DNA from: Octopus sinensis
Taxonomy: Eukaryota
NCBI RefSeq assembly: GCF_006345805.1
Contig: NC_042998.1
Coordinates: 181,350,001 to 181,414,000, forward strand
DNA: 64,000 nucleotides
Direction: 5' to 3'
Shown: in pieces, positions 51,586 to 63,379 of the stretch
Position numbering within the stretch: the stretch's first letter is position 1
How the letters are laid out: each line of letters opens with the position of its first letter
Position numbers and translations under genes: made by a program
The notes under the pieces: model-generated
Told to the model about the DNA's origin: nothing
Database searches by the model: none
The model's input: only the letters and a program-made list of their open reading frames with translations

Positions 51586-54259
51586 TTGTGTGTTTGGAGA
51601 CTTGTATACAAGTTGTTGATGTTCTTCACTATATGTATCTGAACATCCCAGTAAACCATATCATTTTCAATTTTTATTAAAGTCGTTGAGACACACTTAT
51701 ACCGTATTTTTTTCTCTTGTGCAAATGGAGCCTTCATTTACAAGCAAATCTTCCTTTTAAGATAGGAAGCAATCCTGTGTTGTATTCTGATGTAATTTGT
51801 TGCAACCTGTGAAAGGAATTCGGCTAGAATTTGACCGACGGTCTCGTCCAAAGTCAACGCATCGTTTCATTTGATGTTCTTATTAAGAACACACTTCTGG
51901 TAATGTCTAGATAAGAGACTGGCAGGATGAGTCCTGATTTAAAACCCTCAGTATCCCATTTCAGTAACGATCAGATGTGACACTTATTTGTCGCTATCCT
52001 CTTAATGAATGCTGTCATTTTGAAACTTATCCGTAGAGAGGCTTTCATTCCTATGCTGTTTTCCCCTCGAATACTTTCTTATAATTATTTTTCTTTTGTT
52101 CTATATTTATCTTCTTTTTCTCCCATTCGAACCACGGATTTTTTATAAGAAAATTCAAATGTAGACTGATATCGTCATTTTTTGCTGTAATAAAAATTAA
52201 CTAGCTTCAATAATTACCCTCAAATCACCAAATATATCAGTAAAGTTCATGGAAGAGGGAGTGTATCATAATTAAATTTTCACACTTCACGACTTTCGAA
52301 TATTTCAGTCTTTATACAATATAGAAAGTAATAATTGTTACAAACAAATAAATATTCCTATGAATTCGAATCTAATTCTATCTTTGATTCAATCAAGCGC
52401 AACGATTGGAAGCTCTTAAAATTAGTAGCAGTAATATTCTGATAAGAGACGCAATTAATTACATCTTCTGCTTCATAACAAATGGCCAGGCACCTATCGA
52501 AAGGAATCAATATGATATTGATGTGAGAGAATTGAGAATCTAGACTTCTGCATTCAGAACAAAGCATAGTTACAAAAATATCACGGTTTCCCAAATAAAA
52601 TTAGTGGTGGCAAAGTATTTTTAAGTGAATAATTTATACACTTAAATCGTGCATATTTACAACCATTCTTTTCTTTGTTTGATGCTTAACCAAGCCAATT
52701 ATAAATGCACAAATTAGGAATTAAATTTTACTCGATCATAGTCGCTGAGAAACACGAACAATAGCTCTCTTTTCGCAGGAAATTATCGAGATATGGAAGG
52801 ATGAGTAATTCCTGTGAGTAGATCATTTTGATTTACTAAAATTCAAGCAAAGGATCACGGGGGTCTCTTCCGGGTCTTATAAAACCTTTAAATTATTCTG
52901 TCTCACTGATTTCATTGCAACAGTAATTGGTCTGCGAGAATGACATCCTAGCAGTGAACTCAATCAGAGTTGACCTGAGCTAAACAACTGAAGCTGTTGC
53001 CTCCTAACGATATTAATCTATCTCTGACAAATTACCCTATTTTAAAGCTATGCAAACGTAGATCGATTCTTAGATACCTATTCCTACTGCCACACAGTTT
53101 TCATTCCATCTTAATCATGCAAACTATATACATCAAACAAGTTGTTAGTCTTATATACAGAAACTATATCAAGTTCTCAGTCAAATTCCTTTACATATAC
53201 CAAAAAATCCATTACAAAATTACAGAAATAACTTGTTCATTTGCGTTTACTGTTGTTATTTTTCCATTCTGTTTTATTTTTGTGTGTGTGTCTTTTTGTG
53301 TTTTGTGTTTGTTTTATTTTTCATGATAAAAAATAACCAAAACTGGCACGCCTATCTGAACAGCCGACATTACACACTCTCAAGTGTCTGAAGGAAAATA
53401 GTTTCTTAATTGGTCGAGTTTTAGGTTTCTCATAAACTTTTTCGTATCCAGACACTTCGGCACATATCCAATATCAGTTAGTAAACTATGATTATCTTTA
53501 CAATGTTTAGTTTTCCATAACTACCAGGACCCGCTCTAGGTCACACCCATCCTATTTATACACAATCTTCATAATCATTTAGTTTGTTTATTCTATTATT
53601 GATGTCAGAAAAGAAAAAAGAAAAGAAAACCCAATACCCCATCCTCAGATCAATTTATTTCAATAAAAAGAATATATTTAGTAAGTATATTTATTTTGTG
53701 AAACTATTGTGTTTTTACTTTTGTAAAACAGAAAGTTGTAAATTACGGCTTTTCATTGTTCTTAATTTTGGGGTTGGCGTCTAAAAATTACAATTGCTTC
53801 AAACAGTTATTTGTTTATGGGACAAAATCTGAAGTAAATTGGATCATCTTTGATTGAAGAAGGGGAGGTTTTAGCGCATCAAAGAAACCTCTCGCCACTA
53901 ATCTCAAACCAGGAGTAGTCGCAAAACAGCGAAATGAGTTATTATAATTTGGTGTGGGTTAGACGCAAAGTCTATACAATGCTACTGAAATCAATTAAAA
54001 TATTTATTTACAACGCTTCAGAATATTATTCTGAAATAATATTTTCTACTATAGATGTGAGGCCTGATTTTTTTTTTTTTTTTTTTTTAGAGGGGCGGCT
54101 GATTAAATCCACACCAGTGTTCAACTGGTACTTATGTATTTTGTCAACAGACCCCAAAGGGATGAAAGACAAATTCGACCTCAGCAGCATGGAATGTATC
54201 TGAAATAATGCAAATAATCAAATAGATCTGTGAAAGAAAAATCACCCAAAATTAACCGT

Positions 54260-54930
54260 CAGAAACTGCATTGTGACCCACATGCTATTAGAGTGCTCCG
54301 AAAAATTTTAGTACTTAGACATTTTTAATGGTTTTGTCGATCTGGAGGACAAAATAGTGCCCATGTCTGTTGAAGGTTTACCGAAATGGGAGAGAACGGT
54401 TTCTAGTGAACAGATGCAAGAAAAACATGGAGAGTGAGAGAGATCTAGTGGGAAGGATTAACTAAAGTAATTAGTGCGGGACCTATTGGTGAACTCAGTA
54501 TGGACAGCGAGGTAAGGAGAAATGAGTGTGTCAATATGATTTGAAAGGGATATGAAATAAGATCACCTTCCTATAAAAAGTCTAGATCTCTGTTGTATCA
54601 AAGGAGACAGAAAGTCTGTGATCAGAGGTTGGAGCATGTCTGAGAGCGAGTTCATGCAAATCAGTGAAATAGTCATTTGCTGGAAGAGCGGTCGTTTTTA
54701 TGTGTACTAGTGTCAGCGCTGTAGATATTGGAGAAGTATTCCAATAAGAGGCTCACTTGAGCATTAAAATAAGTTTAATGATTGTTGGGGATTGACAAAC
54801 TTTCTGGCTCTGGAGAGAAAGGCAAGTCTCTGTGATTCAGCCTCTTTTTATGTTGAGACGTGATGCTTCTCACCAACAATCCATTGATATGTTGTCTTCC
54901 GTCGACATTAGTTTGTGTAAAAGACATAGC
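54260..54930 (-). mobile_element. Decayed CR1/Jockey-group LINE 3' region
   Basis: Minus translation QRLAFLSRARKFVNPQQ.L.L..AQVSLLLEYFSNIYSA resembles post-RT ..LY.AQVRP.LEY.S.IW. Confidence 0.55.
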
Positions 54931-55883
54931 TACAAGTATTTCACTCGAACTATTTTAAGTCCAATATACACAAATAGCGATGTAGTAGATATCTATATTT
55001 GAATGAGTTCATAATAACCCATTAATGCATGAATAGGAGCTTTGTTGCTACACTCAATTATTCCAAGCCAGATTCGAACAAAGACCATCCGGTTGATGAG
55101 CAAAGACTGTCTTACCAGCGAGCTACAGCCGCTTATCGATCATTGGGCAATTTCTACTCTATCTCTGGTACACAACTAAAATCATTCATACACTTCTAAA
55201 CCAGAGATTGCTACACCATATCCACCCAAACACGCCGAATCACCAGTTCACCACATCATCAATATTACATCAATATTACTCAATACCGAACCGAGTACAT
55301 AATACAGTCAATAAAAAATAAGTTTAGTTGCAGCAACTAAAATGTCGAAGTAGAATTTCGTATTGTCCATTTCAATACCATTAAAAGGTGTTTTGTTAGC
55401 ATACATACGCGTGTGCGTTCACACACACATCCCTGTGTACCCATAGAATGCATACAGATTCCATGAATTTTTGCTATCTTGCATCTTCTCCCTTAAGTGT
55501 TCACCAGCTTCACGTCGCTTTTTTCTTGTCCCCATTTCTCGAGATCTACTGTTCATGTTGAGTACATCTCTATGAATTTCTATTATGAAAGTATTTTCCA
55601 TGTGAAATATTGGGTGCGCCTTTATATACGAGTAAATGCAGTATATATATACACGAGTTTTTCCTCTAGTGATCGCAAGTATTACAAGAGAGATAATTAT
55701 TTCTTCGTAATATTTGGTGGCGTTTGAATTCTGAATTTGAAATTAAGGAATAAGGGAAAATTCAAATATCTAATATTTTTCTTACTTATGAAGGTCTTAT
55801 AATTCCTAGTGTATTTGCGCATTTGTGTTCATATATGTATATGTATATGTGTATGTATATATATATATATATATGTGTATATG

Positions 55884-55931
<48 letters not shown>

Positions 55932-55956
55932 CATATATATATATATACATATATAT

Positions 55957-56450
55957 ACCTGGTAGTAAATAATATTACTACCCTTCTTGTTTATATTCGC
56001 ATATTACATGATGGATTTATTCGTAAAATTCTTCCCGGCATGCCCTATACTGCCGTGTAAGTTTTGCGTCTGCGCAGAGATTTGAAAAGTTAAGATCTGC
56101 TAGTAGTCGGGTTCAACACATGGTCCCACATCGCTGCAGACCTCGATCCAATTTAGGCGACTCGCTGACGAAGCTAGCCTTAGCAAACATATTCTGTGTT
56201 TTGCTAAAAAGAAGCAGAAACCGCGGTTCGAGTTGTTAAAGTTATTGGTAAACGTTTTTGATGTTCACTCTCGATAAATTCATCCCCTTTTTGTGTTCCC
56301 AGCACTCGGCATCTTAATTTAGGAGCCCTTAATTGTATAACTACATGAATAATATTTTTCTATATGAATAATATTTTTGTCTTATGACTAATTCGTCTTT
56401 TGTGCTGGGCACCTGGTAGTAAATAATATTACTACCCTTCTTGTTTATAT
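55957..56450 (+). mobile_element. Retrozyme-like non-coding element: 454-nt unit plus 40-bp terminal direct repeat, containing a hammerhead
   Basis: ACCTGGTAGTAAATAATATTACTACCCTTCTTGTTTATAT at 55957-55996 and identically at 56411-56450; (TA)n on both flanks; no ORF of 60 aa or more inside the unit. Confidence 0.7.
56156..56237 (+). ncRNA. Type I hammerhead ribozyme with long stem II and palindromic stem III
   Basis: Stem I GGCGACTCG/CGAGTTGTT; CTGACGA (56165-56171); stem II GCT/AGC extended by TTAGCAAA/TTTGCTAA; GAAA (56217-56220); perfect palindrome AACCGCGGTT; GUU cleavage after 56228. Confidence 0.8.
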
Positions 56451-56468
56451 ATACATATATATATATAC

Positions 56469-56522
<54 letters not shown>

Positions 56523-56590
56523 GATATAGATATATATATATACTTTATTTAAAGCAGCAGAAAATTCAACAAAATCTGTTACTCTGAGTT

Positions 56591-56625
<35 letters not shown>

Positions 56626-56713
56626 TGTGTCTGTGTGTGTTGATTTACACATTATATACACATGAGCAAGTAGGGTCACAATTCTGCATGTGTATATATA
56701 TATATATATATAC

Positions 56714-56757
<44 letters not shown>

Positions 56758-57727
56758 TCTGTATACGCACATATGTTATATGATCCTATTATATGATCCT
56801 AAATAGTAATCATCCTCCTGCATATTTAGATAAGATTGATGTATTCAAACTATTTCCTTTCAACCTGTAAACCCACATATTTGTTATTTTACTGCACGCA
56901 TCAAATATCAAAAGCCCCCCCACACACACACACACTTCTCCTGTAACTCAAAAGCAGTCAAAGCCATAACAAAATTTGGATAACAAAATCGACGGGATTG
57001 TACTGAATACCGTAAATGAGAAATGATGATTTTATTGAAATTTTTTTCTCGCAGGCACTGAAGGAATACAAAACTTTTGTGGGATGTGGTAATTGTTAGA
57101 AACTCTGAATGAAAAATGGAGATAAGTTCAAGAAATTCAAAAATATTTTACGATTGACATACGTTTTAGGAAAAAAAAAAAAGAAAATCTAATTTTTACA
57201 CGCATACGCATTCACACACACGCACAAGCACACACACACACACACATATGTGCAATAAGAAAGTTAGAAAATTGCAGTTATAGCTTAATTCATTGTTCAT
57301 TTCATTCTTTGATACGATTTTTACTATATACTCTGCGGATGTTTTGTGGATTTTCAGCTTACTGGTGCACTGACATTCTGAGAGACCTTCCCATCTTTCA
57401 ATTTTCAGATAGCCACCATCCATGGAAATGCTTCTTAAAGTAAATGCCTGGATTATTTATCCCAACTCATCTACTCACCTACATACATACATACATACAT
57501 ACATACATACATACATACATACATACATACATACATACATACTTACATACATACATACATACATGCATACATACATATGGATTGGTCTGGGATTCTACCT
57601 ACGGACATACCTTCACAGGAGTACGGACCAACCTTCATACCCTATGGGGAAAAAATGAGCTGTGAACTTTGTTCTCTTGTCTGTATTCTATCTACTTTAC
57701 TCTTTATTCTTCTACTTAATTCCTTAT

Positions 57728-57870
57728 GAACTGGCTGGCGTTAGGAAGGGCATCCAGCTGTAGAAACACTGCCAGATCAGACTGGGGCCTGGTGCAGCCT
57801 CCTGGCTTCCCAGACCCCAGTCGAACCGTCCAACCCATGCTAGCATGGAAAACGGACGTTAAACGATGAT
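57728..57870 (+). mobile_element. Retroposon 3' tail followed by (CAT)n/(GAT)n
   Basis: Same family as 2475-2640. Confidence 0.65.
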
Positions 57871-57912
57871 CATCATCATCATCATCATCATCATCATGAA
57901 GATATCATGATA

Positions 57913-57983
<71 letters not shown>

Positions 57984-58437
57984 GATGATGATGATGATGA
58001 TGATGATGAATGTAAGTCTTGCAGAATGATAAGGAAGTGCTCAAACAATATGAGAGATGCAGAGATGCTGATAATCGTATAAAGTTTAAGTTTAATCGAT
58101 TACCATCTTTTTCCTATTTCTGATCAAAAAATGAAATTACTAAATCTGTAATCAAAATCAAATACTTATTTAGCTTCTTTTTTTTTTCGCATGCGCTATT
58201 AATACCTTAAGAATAGGATCGAACGTCACAACATTCCATTTTCTCATCTATAAATTTATACACAAATTGTTTCTAGAATCTACTGACTTCTAACTCATAA
58301 CACAAACTTATAACTCAATGGCACACAAATTATTCGGCAAGGTGTATAATAAATTATATTAAATTAAATTAAATTAAATTAAATAAACCCCCAATGCATG
58401 ATTGAAACTTAAGTTTATCGGTTCGGTATAGATCAAA

Positions 58438-58666
58438 GCGGCGAGCTGGCAGAAACGTTAGCACGCCGGGCGAAATGCTTAGCGGTATTTCGTCTGCGTT
58501 ACGTTGTGAGTTCAAATTCCGCCGAGGTCGACTTTGCCTTTCATCCTTTCGGGGTCGATAAATTAAGTACCAGTTACGTACTGGGGTCGATGTAATCGAC
58601 TTAATACCTATGTCTGTCCTTGTTTGTCCCCTCTGTGTTTAGCCCCTTGTGGGTAATAAAGAAATA
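58438..58666 (+). mobile_element. Family-A SINE, full length, with target-site duplication
   Basis: Intact A and B boxes; TSD GGTATAGAT(C)AAAGCG at 58425-58440 and 58667-58681. Confidence 0.9.
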
Positions 58667-59011
58667 GGTATAGATAAAGCGCAAAAACTCAACTTCAACG
58701 GGATTAGAACCAAGAACGTACAAGAGCATAACAAATAGAGCGTAACTGAATACGGCAAGTTATTTATTCAGGCCTTCTAAAAGTTCTTGGCACTCCAGAG
58801 ACCCTTGTCAGCATAAGATATTATAAAAGAACCAGATTCGATTTTCCCGATAAAATACAATTAATGCATGTAATTTGCAACACTTGATTCAATCGACTCA
58901 ACACATTCTCCTCTTAGAATTGGCTTTCTGCCTAGCCAGAAGAAAACTCTATCGTCATTATCATCAGCATTATTATCATTACCATCATCAATATTATTAT
59001 TATTATTATTA

Positions 59012-59044
<33 letters not shown>

Positions 59045-59457
59045 CGTTACTACGCTAATATCAATACATTATTAATATCCATTTTTCAGCTATCACGTTT
59101 CCAAGATTTTTGATTGATAGATATAATCTATATTCACATGTTTTGTTTTTCCCACTAAACTTTCAAAGATCAGTTAATCCAGAGAAGTCATACCAATCTT
59201 GCTGCAGAGTAATTCTGAAAACATTAACGTGTAACGTGAGCTTGCTATTGCTCTATCTAAATTACTTGCTGTACTACCTAGTTGTAAATAATCTCTTTCG
59301 TTCAGTTCATTTCCATCTAAGATGCGTACAGACGTCGGATTCTCGACTTATGAGCAATAGGTTTAGGGTTAGAGAAAATAATATCTTACGTTTGTATAAG
59401 TACATATATATACTCACTGGATTATATCAAATGCGCACACACACACAAGCATACATA

Positions 59458-59491
<34 letters not shown>

Positions 59492-59676
59492 TGCACAAAC
59501 ATATACATAAGAATATAATCGTATGTAAATATATGAATACATATATAGAGTATACACGCATGTGTGTGAGTATATATATATATATATATATATACATAAT
59601 ACCTACATATACCTGCGTATGTACGTATGTACATATGTATGTATGTTTATGTATATAGACATATACGTACATACAT

Positions 59677-59735
<59 letters not shown>

Positions 59736-60019
59736 CATGCATATATTTTTTTTTCTCCTTACTAGTTTCAGTGGTTTCACTCATTGGACAGCGACCATGC
59801 TAGAGCACTGCTTTGAAGGGTTTTAGTCGAACTAATCGTCCCCAGTACATATTTTCTGTAAGTCTAGTACTTATTGTATCAGTCTCGTTTGCTGATGGGC
59901 TAAGTTTCGGGGGCCCAAACAAACCAGCACCGAATGACAAGCATCAATACATATATATATATACATATCCTATGTATATATGTGTGTGTCTGTGTGTGAG
60001 TGTGTGTGTATGTATGTGT

Positions 60020-60637
60020 GTTTCGAGCAGCAGGTGCGGTTCCAAGGCGGGAAAACGTCCCTGAAAGACGATGAGCGACCTGGAAGACTTGCCAGGAGCG
60101 TCACCCCAACCCCACCCCACCCCCACCCCACCCCCGAAAAGTGGAGAAAATTCATGTATGTGCAGGAGGATCGTCGGGGGACAATCAACGGCGTTTTGAA
60201 AGGTTTTGGGGGAGAACATTCGGCGAAAGCGACCGGACCTGTGGAGCACGAAGAATTGGTTTCTTCACGACGACCGTGCACTCTGTCACCGAGCTCTCCT
60301 CACTCGTGTGTTTCTCGCCAAAACCAACATGGTATCGCTTCCGCACCCGCCCTATTCGCCAAACACCTGCGGACTTCCATCTCTTTCTCAAGACGAAACT
60401 ACAGATCAAAAGTCGCCGTTTGAATACCGATGTCGAGATCAAAAGCGAATCGCTGAACGTCCTCGACTCGATTACAGAAAATTACTTCTAGGCCGGATTC
60501 CAAAGAGGTAGGAACGCTGGAACCGATATATTGCTGCCCAAGGTGACTATTTCGAAGGAGATGATATTAAAATTTAGGGAAATAAGTTACTTTTTTATTA
60601 AACATAACTAGTCCGGGAACTATTTGATACAACCTCG
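60020..60637 (+). mobile_element. Mariner (DD34D-type) relic, large internal deletion, right TIR present
   Basis: RFQGGKTSLKDDERPGR; ENIRRKRPDLWSTKNWFLH; LPHPPYSP..PADFHLF..K; C-terminal GDYFEGDD; TIR GTCCGGGAACTATTTGATACAACCTCG followed by TA (60638-60639). Confidence 0.85.
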
Positions 60638-60846
60638 TATGAAGGTTTATATATATATTGACGCATACCAAAATTTGATACGAAATTCTAATGTGGGATC
60701 AAAGTTGGAGTTCCGAAGAAGAATTGGTGCATGTATGTATTTATTTAATTAATTATTTAGTAGCCAGTCAAATTGTCCTCAGCTCCCATCACAAAATATC
60801 AGTTAAAGACTATTAAATATATTTAATATTTAAAGGAAATAGAGAG

Positions 60847-61045
60847 CGGCGGATTAACAGAATCGTTAGCACGCCAGGTGGAATGCTTATAGACGTAACC
60901 TCCGGAGTTCAAATTCCGCTGATGTTGACTTTGCCTTTCATCCTTTCGGAATCGATAAAACAAGTAGCAGTTGAGAACTGGGTGTCGATGTAATCGACTT
61001 AACTCCTCCCTCGAAATTACTGGCCGTGTGCCAAAATTTAAAACC
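60847..61045 (+). mobile_element. Family-A SINE variant (decayed)
   Basis: GGCGGATTAACAGAATCGTTAGC head, GGAGTTCAAATTCC, core. Confidence 0.7.
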
Positions 61046-61075
61046 ACTATCCAAGAAGTAAAAAAATTAGTTTCC

Positions 61076-61304
61076 TATTTCTTTACTGCCCACAAGGGGA
61101 TAAACATAGAGGGATAAACAAGGACAGACAAATGTATTAAGTCGATTACATCGACCCCAGTGCATAATTGGTACTTAGTTTATTGACCCCGAAAGGATGA
61201 AAGGTAAAGTCGACCTCAGCGGAATTTGAACTCAGACGAAACGGCAGACGAAATACCGTTAAGCATTTCGCCCGACGTGCTAACGATTCTGCCAGCTCAC
61301 CGCC
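61076..61304 (-). mobile_element. Family-A SINE, full length
   Basis: Reverse complement of the 58438-58666 copy. Confidence 0.85.
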
Positions 61305-61309
61305 TTATT

Positions 61310-62464
61310 TCCGTCACTCGATACCATCGCCCTATTTGAAAAGACTGTAATTGAAAAGGAGTTGGCAGAGTATTTGCCAACTATTAAATTCACTTCCAGA
61401 TTGGTCGCAACGGTGTGGTTGCTATTTGACACACCTGAAGAGGCTCGCAAATTTGCGAGCCAGCCCTTAGAGGGCAAATAAATTTTGTTTCTTCCCACGT
61501 ATTGTGGGAAGAGGTTGACAGGAGCTTGGGTCTGCGGGTTGCCACCCAGGATAAAACCCGAGTGGATAGAGGAGACTATACGCCAGGGTCTGGGTGGCAG
61601 CTGAACCAATTTCCTTAATGTGAAAGTTTTTCCTGCGGCTGATTGGGTTGGGTCAAAAGCTGTTTTGACCCTTTGGACCCAATCAGCTAACCTGGTTTTT
61701 CCAGATTTTTTGGAAATGGCAGGGTGCAGGTACCCGGTGCTTCTTGAGGGTCGCCTCCCACCCCAGGTGTCATCGGTACCTGGAACCTGGCCATATAAAG
61801 AAAAACCTCCCCAGGAACAAAGTAAGGTCCTGGAGCAGTTGATTGAGACCTCTGTAGAAGAGGGAATGAAGGTGGCCGAGGTGGTGGAGGACTCCTCAAA
61901 GAAGGGCCGCAAGAGGAAGAAGGTGAGCAACAATGGATGCTCACCGAAGGATCCCAGGGATGAGGAAGAGGGGAAGGATCTCCCGGTCACGGAGGAGACG
62001 CACCCTGCTTCAGCTGAAAAGATAAAAAAAAGGAAGAGAAAGGGGACATTGCCGGCAATAGGTGACATAGTACCGGAATGTCCCAGAACCTCGTCGGTTA
62101 GAGTTGTGCAACCGGCAAGGGAAGAGACACCGCTGGCGGGAAATGTGCCGCCAAAGGTAGAATTGGATATCCCGCCCCCGGAGGAAGACGAATTATCGGT
62201 CATCGTCTGCTATAGAGGCGGAGAGGTAGAAAAGGTGGTGGAAAAACACCATAAAGGTGCACCTTTAGCCTATACACAGGATCTCGAGTGGCCTCCGTAG
62301 ATAGCTGTGGAGGTCATAACATTGCCCGTGATGAATAGGCTGAAGGGACTCAATGAGGAATATCGCTTGTACCCGGACGATGCTGACACGGCACCCGCTT
62401 TGATCTTGAATGAGGTGTGGGTGATGGCGGAGTATGCGGGCAAAAGCGATGTTGAGGAGGAATA
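61310..62464 (+). pseudogene. Gag-like ORF1 of an L1/Tx1-type retroelement (decayed)
   Basis: One frame with a few stops from ~61310 to 62464; a frameshift hides the CCHC-like knuckle RCHRYLEPGHIKKN (~61766-61808) after YPVLLEGRLP; E/K/P-rich C-terminal linker; GC and codon texture unlike the flanks. Confidence 0.62.
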
Positions 62465-62740
62465 GTGATAAGCGGTTGAAAAGCCTCAGTGTTATTGAAA
62501 GTTCCGAGTTTGGAAAGAAAGGAAAGAGGCTTAGCGCCTCATTTTGTTATTGAATTTTGTTATTGAATATTGTGAACAGTGTAGAGGTTTGTTGCCTCGT
62601 GAACAATATACAAGAGATCGATGTTGTCGGGAAAAATCGATCGGTGGACGTCGTTTTCCCCCCATTAATCATCATTTTCATTTCATATAACATTATGTCT
62701 ACGTCCAGCCCACAGCTTCTTTTCTCTGTGTAAGGCTTTA

Positions 62741-62877
62741 TGGCCAATATAATGAAATAAAGAAGCCTGCTTCCCAACCACATGGTTCCGGGTTCAGAAT
62801 GTGTCTTCTACTATAGTCTCGGGCCGACGAAAGCCTTGTGAGTTGATTTGGTTGGCGGAAACTGAAAGAAGTCTGTC

Positions 62878-62929
<52 letters not shown>

Positions 62930-63160
62930 TATATGAATATATTCGTGTGTTTGTGTCTGTTTGTCCTTCCACAATCGCTTGACAACCGATCTCGATGTAT
63001 TTACATCACCGTAACCTAGCGGTTCAGCAAAACAGACCTATAAAATATGTACCAGGCTTGCAACGAATAAGGACCAGGGGTCGATTTCTGCGGCTAAAAG
63101 GCAGTGCTCCAGCATGACCGCAGTTAAAATGACTGAAACAAGTAAAATGATAAAAGAATG
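62741..63160 (+). mobile_element. Family-B SINE
   Basis: CCACATGGTTCCGGGTTCAG head, core GGGCCGACGAAAGCCTTGTGAGT, 3' GACTGAAACAAGTAAAA. Confidence 0.8.
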
Positions 63161-63343
63161 AAGAATTATCAGATTTGCAGATTGAGTAACTTCTTATAAG
63201 TATATTTTTGCTTTTTCGTTTTTCGGAATCATAATTGCCCTTCAAGTTTCAAATGCCCATCTTCATAGCTCTGTATTTCCTCTCTGTCTCTTTCTCCCTC
63301 CCCTTCTCTCTCTCCCACTCTCTCTCCATCTTTCTCTCTCTCC

Positions 63344-63379
<36 letters not shown>

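Noticed and set aside
52779-52813. 35-nt micro-exon candidate with good acceptor (CTCTCTTTTCGCAG) and donor (GTGAGT); similar candidates at 50644-50700 and from ~40331
   Set aside because: No recognisable peptide or linked exons. Cannot be supported without RNA-seq.
53382-53460. Imperfect hairpin AAGTGTCTG...CAGACACTT
   Set aside because: Large loop and interrupted stem; not a convincing pre-miRNA.
61280-62203. 307-aa minus-strand ORF
   Set aside because: Antisense shadow of the GC-rich ORF1 remnant; the composition is S/T/F/G-rich with no domain.
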